Below are positions 57,979-63,136 of a stretch of 63,136 bases of DNA, piece after piece. The stretch covers positions 1-63,136 of the forward strand of contig DASWJP010000023.1 in assembly GCA_036397065.1 (NCBI GenBank), given 5' to 3'. Position numbers and translations under genes: made by a program. Position 1 is the stretch's first letter. Each line of letters begins with the position of its first letter. This stretch comes from Kiloniellales bacterium (GTDB taxonomy: Bacteria > Pseudomonadota > Alphaproteobacteria > Kiloniellales > J153). A model generated the notes under the pieces. That model saw nothing but the letters and a program-made list of their open reading frames with translations, was not told where the DNA came from and made no database searches.

Positions 57979-58658
57979 CCCCCCGATTCGGTCACCAGCA
58001 GCTGGGCATTCGACGGATCCGCCTCGATCTTCTGCCGCAGGCGGTAGACATGGGTTTCCAGCGTGTGGGTGGTCACTCCGGCGTTATAACCCCACACCTC
58101 GCCGAGCAGGGTATCGCGGCCGACCACGCTGGCGCCGCTGCGATACAGGTATTTGAGGATCGAGGTTTCCTTTTCCGTCAGGCGCACCTTTTTCTTGGTT
58201 TCGCCGTGGGTCAGCAGCTTGGCGCTGGGCCGGAAGGTATAGGGCCCGATGGTGAATATCGCGTCCTCGCTTTGCTCGTGCTGGCGCAGCTGCGCCCGCA
58301 GGCGGGCCAGCAGGACCGAGAGGCGAAACGGCTTGGCCACATAGTCGTTGGCGCCGGAATCGAGGCCGAGGATGGTATCCGCATCGGTCTGCGCCGCCGT
58401 CAGCATGATGATCGGCGACTTGACGCCATTGCGCCGCAGCAGGCGGCAGACCTCGCGTCCGTCCATATCCGGCAAGCCCACGTCGAGCAGGATGGCGTCG
58501 AAGTATTCGCCCTTGGCCAACTCGATGGCCCGGCCGCCGGAGGACGCCTCGGCGGTGGCGAACTCCTCGTGCAGGCGCAATTGGTCGCCCAGCGACTGGC
58601 GCAAGGCATCGTCGTCATCGACCAGCAGTATCTTTTTCGCCGTACCAGCGACCATCAT
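57960..58658 (-). CDS. OmpR-family response regulator (CenR-like, orphan)
   Basis: The receiver domain has ILLVDDDD...ILLDVGLPDMDG...MLTA...KPF, followed by a winged-helix output domain (LT.KE..IL.YLYR..G.VV.R..LL.EVWGY). It closely resembles the alphaproteobacterial CenR as I remember it. No kinase gene is adjacent. Confidence 0.88.
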   Translation of the reverse strand: MMVAGTAKKILLVDDDDALRQSLGDQLRLHEEFATAEASSGGRAIELAKGEYFDAILLDVGLPDMDGREVCRLLRRNGVKSPIIMLTAAQTDADTILGLDSGANDYVAKPFRLSVLLARLRAQLRQHEQSEDAIFTIGPYTFRPSAKLLTHGETKKKVRLTEKETSILKYLYRSGASVVGRDTLLGEVWGYNAGVTTHTLETHVYRLRQKIEADPSNAQLLVTESGGYRLIP

Positions 58659-58779
58659 GCCCCCGTTGGCCGATACCCAGGACAGCCCGAAATGTTAAGG
58701 CCTATGACCAGGATAAGCGCCTGTTTCGCCCTGAGATAACATTGGCGCGAAGACGGTTCAAGCAGAGGTCCGGCGCCGG

Positions 58780-59676
58780 TCAGCCGCCGTCGACCATGTC
58801 CTTGACCGCGGTGAAGAGCGGATGGCCGGCCATGCCGAGCGCATCCGCCGCCGAAAAGTGGTTCCGGCCGGGCAGATCCACGACCCGGACCGGCAGGCCG
58901 TGGTCCGTCCAGGCCGCCGCCAGTTCCGCCTGCTGAAGCAAGAATTCCGCGGTTTCCTCGCCGCCGACGGCGAGAATCAGCGGCCCGGACTCCTTTGGCA
59001 GCAGGCGGGCCGGGCTCATGGTCGCCTCGGTGGCCGGGTCGATGCGCAGAATATCTTGATGATAGCTGCGGCGCAGGGGCTCCAGCTCATAGACGCCGGA
59101 GATGGCGCAGGCGCCCTTGACCGGCCGGGGCCGGCCGTTCGCGATCGCGGCCCATTCGGTGAGCAGGGCCATGGCGGCCAAATGGCCGCCCGCCGAATGG
59201 CCGGCCACGTACAGGCGATCCACGTCCAGGCCATGGTTCGCACCGGTATCGGCCAGCCAGAGAATGGCGCGGCGAATCTGGGCGACGATATCGGCGATGC
59301 CGATCTTCGGTGCCAGATCGTAGTTCACGGAGGCGAAGGCAATGCCGGCCTCCAGGAAGGGGGGCGCCAGATAGCTGAAATCGCCCTTGTCCAGACTTTG
59401 CCAATAGCCGCCGTGGATGAAGACGAGAACCGGGGGGCGGACCGAGACGCCCTCCGGCCCGACGCTGGACCCATTTTTGGGCAGGAACAGATCGAGAGTT
59501 TGCCCCCCGGTATCCCCATAGGCCAGATCGAGACGGCCGCCGATCCGCGCCCGTACCGCCGCGCTCTCCTTGGCCCAGCGGTCGAAATAGAGCGCATGTT
59601 CCGGCCAGCGCGCGCGAAGGTTGAGCTGGCGGTCCAGTTCCGCCCGGTCCATCCCTCGATAAAGCCCTTGCGGCAT
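58780..59676 (-). CDS. alpha/beta hydrolase (arylformamidase/esterase-like)
   Basis: It has an oxyanion HGG motif (VFIHGGYW) and the nucleophile elbow GHSAGG. Confidence 0.85.
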   Translation of the reverse strand: MPQGLYRGMDRAELDRQLNLRARWPEHALYFDRWAKESAAVRARIGGRLDLAYGDTGGQTLDLFLPKNGSSVGPEGVSVRPPVLVFIHGGYWQSLDKGDFSYLAPPFLEAGIAFASVNYDLAPKIGIADIVAQIRRAILWLADTGANHGLDVDRLYVAGHSAGGHLAAMALLTEWAAIANGRPRPVKGACAISGVYELEPLRRSYHQDILRIDPATEATMSPARLLPKESGPLILAVGGEETAEFLLQQAELAAAWTDHGLPVRVVDLPGRNHFSAADALGMAGHPLFTAVKDMVDGG

Positions 59677-59850
59677 GGCGATTTACCCTCTTATCTGACG
59701 TCGCGGGCGTGAGCCGGTGGTTTTGGGCCCGGCGGTTGTTGGGCCGGCGTTGGTGCCCCATCTAATGAGTCGGCCCGCAGCCGCTGTTATGACCCGGATC
59801 ACCGCCATCGGTGACTCTAGGATCGCTAGGTCTTAGACTATACAGGATTT

Positions 59851-60984
59851 ATGCTCGAACCACTCGCAAGCCAGAATGTTGCCGATGGCACGGTCCTGCA
59901 AGCCGTGGCGCGGGCTATTGCCGATTTGCGCCGGGGCGCCCCGATTGTGTTGCATGGCGCCGGTGAAGCGGCCCTGATCGTGGCCGCCGAACAGGCGAGC
60001 GACGATTCCCTGACTCGCCTGACTACCCTGGCGTCCAGTGCGCCGAAGCTGCTGCTGACCGGCCGGCGGGCCGCGGCCCTTGGTTTATCGCCAAGCCAGG
60101 CGGCCGCGACCGTGGTGGCCCTGCATCTCGATGACTCCCCGGCGGCCACGGTGGTCGAGTTGGCGGACCCAACCAGCGGCCGATCGACTGACCCTGGAGC
60201 CTCCCTGCCCATGGCCACGGTGAGCCGTGGCTTGGCCGCCGCAGCGATCGACGTGTGCAAGCTGTCGCGTCTATTGCCCGCCGCTATGTTTGCCCGGATC
60301 AGCCCGGTTCCGGCCAATCCGGCGGCGTGGGCGGCCAGTCACGATCTTCTGGCCCTGCGGACCAGCGACGTGGAGGAGTATCGCTTTGCCGGGGCCCGGT
60401 CGCTGACCCGCGTGGCCGCGGCCAGACTGCCGTTGGCGCAGGCGGAAAACGCTCGGGTCATCGCATTCCGCCCCGGCGATGGCGGGATCGAGCATATGGC
60501 CCTGGTGATCGGCGAGCCGCAAGGAGATGCACCGGTGCTGGTGCGCCTGCATTCCGAGTGTTTCACCGGCGATTTGCTGGGCAGCCTGCGGTGCGATTGC
60601 GGCGATCAATTGCACGGCGCCATCGAGGCCATCGCCAAGGCCGGATCGGGTGTCCTGCTCTATCTGGCCCAGGAGGGGCGGGGCATCGGCCTGGTCAACA
60701 AGCTTCGGGCGTACAGCCTGCAGGACCGCGGGGCCGATACGGCCGAGGCCAACGAGCAGCTGGGCTTCGACGCGGACGAACGGATCTACCTGCCGGCCGC
60801 GGCGATGCTGCGCCAGCTTGGCTTTCGCCGGGTCCGCCTGCTGACCAACAATCCCCATAAGATGGCGGCCCTGGCCCGATGCGGCATCAGCGTGGAGGAG
60901 CGGGTGCCCCATGCCTTCCCCTCCAACGGCCACAACGCCTTCTATCTGGCCACCAAGGCGGCCCGCTTCGGTCACGAGTTCTAA
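59851..60984 (+). CDS. ribA: GTP cyclohydrolase II with N-terminal degenerate DHBP-synthase-like domain
   Basis: The C-terminal half has RLHSECFTGDLLGSLRCDCGDQL, EGRGIGL.NKL.AY.LQD.G.DT.EAN..LGF..DER.Y and LLTNNP.K. The N-terminal roughly 200 aa lacks the RibB catalytic acidic motif. Confidence 0.88.
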   Translation: MLEPLASQNVADGTVLQAVARAIADLRRGAPIVLHGAGEAALIVAAEQASDDSLTRLTTLASSAPKLLLTGRRAAALGLSPSQAAATVVALHLDDSPAATVVELADPTSGRSTDPGASLPMATVSRGLAAAAIDVCKLSRLLPAAMFARISPVPANPAAWAASHDLLALRTSDVEEYRFAGARSLTRVAAARLPLAQAENARVIAFRPGDGGIEHMALVIGEPQGDAPVLVRLHSECFTGDLLGSLRCDCGDQLHGAIEAIAKAGSGVLLYLAQEGRGIGLVNKLRAYSLQDRGADTAEANEQLGFDADERIYLPAAAMLRQLGFRRVRLLTNNPHKMAALARCGISVEERVPHAFPSNGHNAFYLATKAARFGHEF

Positions 60985-61017
60985 AGCCGCTTCCGCGATC
61001 CCTTTGGTCCGCGCGGA

Positions 61018-61036
61018 CCCGGCAAATATTGCCGGG
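61018..61036 (+). terminator. possible terminator hairpin after ribA
   Basis: CCCGGCAA-ATA-TTGCCGGG is a near-perfect palindrome, followed by TGTGTCGGTTT. Confidence 0.35.
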
Positions 61037-61121
61037 TGTGTCGGTTTAGGCCCCCAAGAATACTAGAAATATACGTTGAATCAGATAGTTAAGTCTGGCC
61101 CCGTTCTTGCGACAATAGCGG

Positions 61122-61952
61122 GTGATGGAGCCGTCGACACTCTTACCCGTTGCCGCCACCCGGCCCGACGCCCGCCCGCTCGCGCGGGCGGCTGTGCCGC
61201 AGGGGGGTGATCTGGATCGCCCGACCCTGCGCACACCCATGGCTGTGCCCGAGGTCGATCTGGCGTTTGCCGACATCCTAGATCTGTTTAACCCCTTGCA
61301 ACATATCCCCATTGTGTCGTCCATCTACCGGGCTGTGACCGGGGACGAGATTTCCGGCCCGGCCACGGTGCTGGGCGGCGCCCTGTTCGGCGGACCGTTG
61401 GGGTTCGTGGCCGGCATCGTGGAGGCCATTTCCAGCCAGATCGCCGGCGAAAGTCTCGGCGAGATGGCGATTGCCGCCGCGTTCGGTGGCGTCGAACAGG
61501 GTCACGGCCAGGGCCAAACCACCGCGGTGGCCGCAGCCGATCCGGCGGATGCCCGGCCAACACCCTCCCTGGTTGCGGCGCAGGCGCCAGAGCCCGAGAT
61601 CCGGGCGGCGCCCGCCGCGTTCCACACTGCAGCCAAAAGCACGGAAATGCCGGCCAAACTCAAGCCGGTTCCGGTTATACCCGTGAGCGAGCAGCCCCTG
61701 ACCGGAGACGCGGCGTTGCAGGCGCTGGCCGCCGATTTGCGCGGGCCCGGCGTATCCGCCGCCGTGCTGCAGCCACCAAGCATGGCACCAAGAATCGGCA
61801 CGACAGAGACCGATGCGCGGTTGATGACACCACTGCCACCGGATGAATTCGCCGCGCAAATGCTTGAGGGATTGGACAAGTACAAGGCGCTGGCCGCGGA
61901 ACGGGCACAACAACAGGCGGCCCCCACCCGGCGTATCGATCAAGCGCTCTAA
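61122..61952 (+). CDS. hypothetical protein (conserved-looking DILDLFNPLQHIPIVSSIYR motif, Gly-rich hydrophobic segment, Ala/Pro-rich tail)
   Basis: The 276-aa ORF has coding-like GC3. It is preceded by a locally AT-rich stretch (61041-61110). I do not recognise a family. Confidence 0.55.
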   Translation: MMEPSTLLPVAATRPDARPLARAAVPQGGDLDRPTLRTPMAVPEVDLAFADILDLFNPLQHIPIVSSIYRAVTGDEISGPATVLGGALFGGPLGFVAGIVEAISSQIAGESLGEMAIAAAFGGVEQGHGQGQTTAVAAADPADARPTPSLVAAQAPEPEIRAAPAAFHTAAKSTEMPAKLKPVPVIPVSEQPLTGDAALQALAADLRGPGVSAAVLQPPSMAPRIGTTETDARLMTPLPPDEFAAQMLEGLDKYKALAAERAQQQAAPTRRIDQAL

Positions 61953-61997
61953 CGCGTGATCCGCGACCGGGCGGGCCGATTTGGCTATACTCCGGAT

Positions 61998-62522
61998 ATG
62001 GATCTGATCGTTACCCACGCGGATGGGCATTGGCGCGCCGTATTCGGCGATGCCATTTGGCCCTGTGCCGTCGGCCGGAGCGGGGTGACCCGCGACAAGC
62101 GCGAAGGCGACGGGGCCACACCCGCCGGGTGTTGGATCTTACGCCGGGTGCTCTATCGGCCGGACCGGATGGCGGCCCCGGCCACGGTCCTGCCCACGGC
62201 ACCGCTGTCCCCAACGGACGGCTGGTGCGACGATGCCGATGACCTTCGATACAATCAACCGGTCACCCTTCCCACGGCCGGGCGGCATGAGCGGCTGTGG
62301 CGCGCGGATGGCCTCTACGATGTCATCGTGGTGCTCAGCCACAACGAAGCCCCGGCGGTCGCCGGCCGCGGCAGCGCCATCTTCCTGCACGTCGCCGCAC
62401 CCGGCTACGCGCCGACCGAGGGGTGCGTCGCCTTGGCGTTGCCCGATCTGCTGACCGTACTGGCCGCCGCCGACGTGCACACCCGTGTGTGCGTCGCGGA
62501 CTCTGACGTCCGGGCGACTTAG
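61998..62522 (+). CDS. L,D-transpeptidase catalytic (YkuD) domain family protein
   Basis: SAIFLHVAAPGYAPTEGCVAL contains the His...(S/T)xGC catalytic signature. I chose the ATG at 61998 (MDLIVT) as the start. Confidence 0.8.
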   Translation: MDLIVTHADGHWRAVFGDAIWPCAVGRSGVTRDKREGDGATPAGCWILRRVLYRPDRMAAPATVLPTAPLSPTDGWCDDADDLRYNQPVTLPTAGRHERLWRADGLYDVIVVLSHNEAPAVAGRGSAIFLHVAAPGYAPTEGCVALALPDLLTVLAAADVHTRVCVADSDVRAT

Positions 62523-63136
62523 ACCGGTAGCGGCCGGGCGCCGAAAATAGCCGTTCCCACGCGCACATGGGTGGCGCCGAAGCGGATGGCGGTTTCGAAA
62601 TCGCCGCTCATGCCCATGGACAAATTCGTCAGGCCGTTGCGCGCCGCGATTTTCGCCAGCAGGGCGAAATGCAGGGCCGGTTCCTCGTCCAGGGGCGGAA
62701 TGCACATGAGACCGGTCACCGGCAGGCCCAATTCGTCGCGCGCCAAGGCAACGAATGCATCGGTTTCGCGCGGCAGGACGCCGGCCTTTTGCGGTTCCTC
62801 GCCGGTATTGACCTGGACAAAGCATTCGGGGCGGCGCTTGGCTTTTGCCATTTCCTTGGCCAGGGCCTTGGCCAGTTTCGGCCGGTCCACGGTTTCGATC
62901 ACATCGAACAGGGCCACCGCATCGCCCGCCTTGTTGGTTTGCAGCGGCCCGATCAGGTGCAAGGACAGATCCGGATGGGCGGCGCGCAAAGCCGGGAATT
63001 TGCCTTGCGCTTCCTGCACCCGGTTTTCGCCGAAGGTGCGGTGCCCGGCGCGGATGGCCTCCTCGATACGCGCCGCGCCATGAGTCTTGCCGACCGCCAC
63101 CAAGGTGACAGCCCCGGCGGGCCGGCCGGCCGCCGC
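62519..63136 (-). CDS. yggS: YggS-family PLP-binding (PLP homeostasis) protein; 5' end runs off the window
   Basis: LVAVGKT (the PLP lysine), FGENRVQE, HLIGPLQTNK, SMGMSGDFE.AI..GAT.VRVGTAIFG are present. The frame stays open to nt 63136 (..GRPAGAVTLVAVGKT), so the start is outside the window. Confidence 0.88.
   Translation of the reverse strand, partial: AAAGRPAGAVTLVAVGKTHGAARIEEAIRAGHRTFGENRVQEAQGKFPALRAAHPDLSLHLIGPLQTNKAGDAVALFDVIETVDRPKLAKALAKEMAKAKRRPECFVQVNTGEEPQKAGVLPRETDAFVALARDELGLPVTGLMCIPPLDEEPALHFALLAKIAARNGLTNLSMGMSGDFETAIRFGATHVRVGTAIFGARPLPV

Noticed and set aside
59677-59850. FMN (RFN) riboswitch expected upstream of ribA
   Set aside because: I could not find the conserved RFN core segments (for example GGATTCGGTGAAATTCCG... 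or GCCGACGGT.AAAGTCCGGATG) on either strand. Only a small TCACCG-CCAT-CGGTGA hairpin is present.

Overview
This is a high-GC chromosomal segment, roughly two-thirds G+C by eye. Its gene content and synteny fit an alphaproteobacterium, probably Rhodospirillales-like. The recognisable backbone is acs, htpX-rsmB-rpe, a heparinase-II/III-like gene, a capD-like gene, purH, the large NAD-glutamate dehydrogenase, a ProX/thioredoxin-TPR/LonN/Trm112/DUF971 block, ubiH-family, amtB, ftsK-lolA, a CenR-like response regulator, ribA and yggS. I can support about 58 protein-coding genes, one tRNA-Gly(GCC), a few hairpin terminators and several coding tandem repeats. I found no rRNA, CRISPR array, transposase, integrase or recognisable phage or defence module. 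Many long ORFs in the six-frame track are antisense or out-of-frame artefacts of the high GC content, and I ignored them.

The most interesting region is 41.6-52.9 kb. A stand-alone cyclic-nucleotide-binding protein, an ABC exporter with a very unusual, apparently degenerate and roughly 300-aa-expanded nucleotide-binding domain, and two tandem paralogous mini methyltransferases are transcribed divergently from a tightly coupled seven-gene operon (4 glycosyltransferases, a histidine phosphatase, a CE4-like deacetylase and a small membrane protein). About 0.4 kb further on, an MBL-hydrolase / SAM-methyltransferase / membrane class III nucleotidyl cyclase operon (53.4-56.6 kb) could supply and remove the signal. 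I propose these as one uncharacterised, cNMP-gated system for making and exporting a glycoconjugate. This is a hypothesis and is not proven.

Other notable items are a 1183-aa RTX/T1SS-type surface protein with seven exactly 55-aa repeats, strikingly AT-rich islands in front of small or surface-protein genes, and a proline-rich HTH/coiled-coil protein of unknown function.
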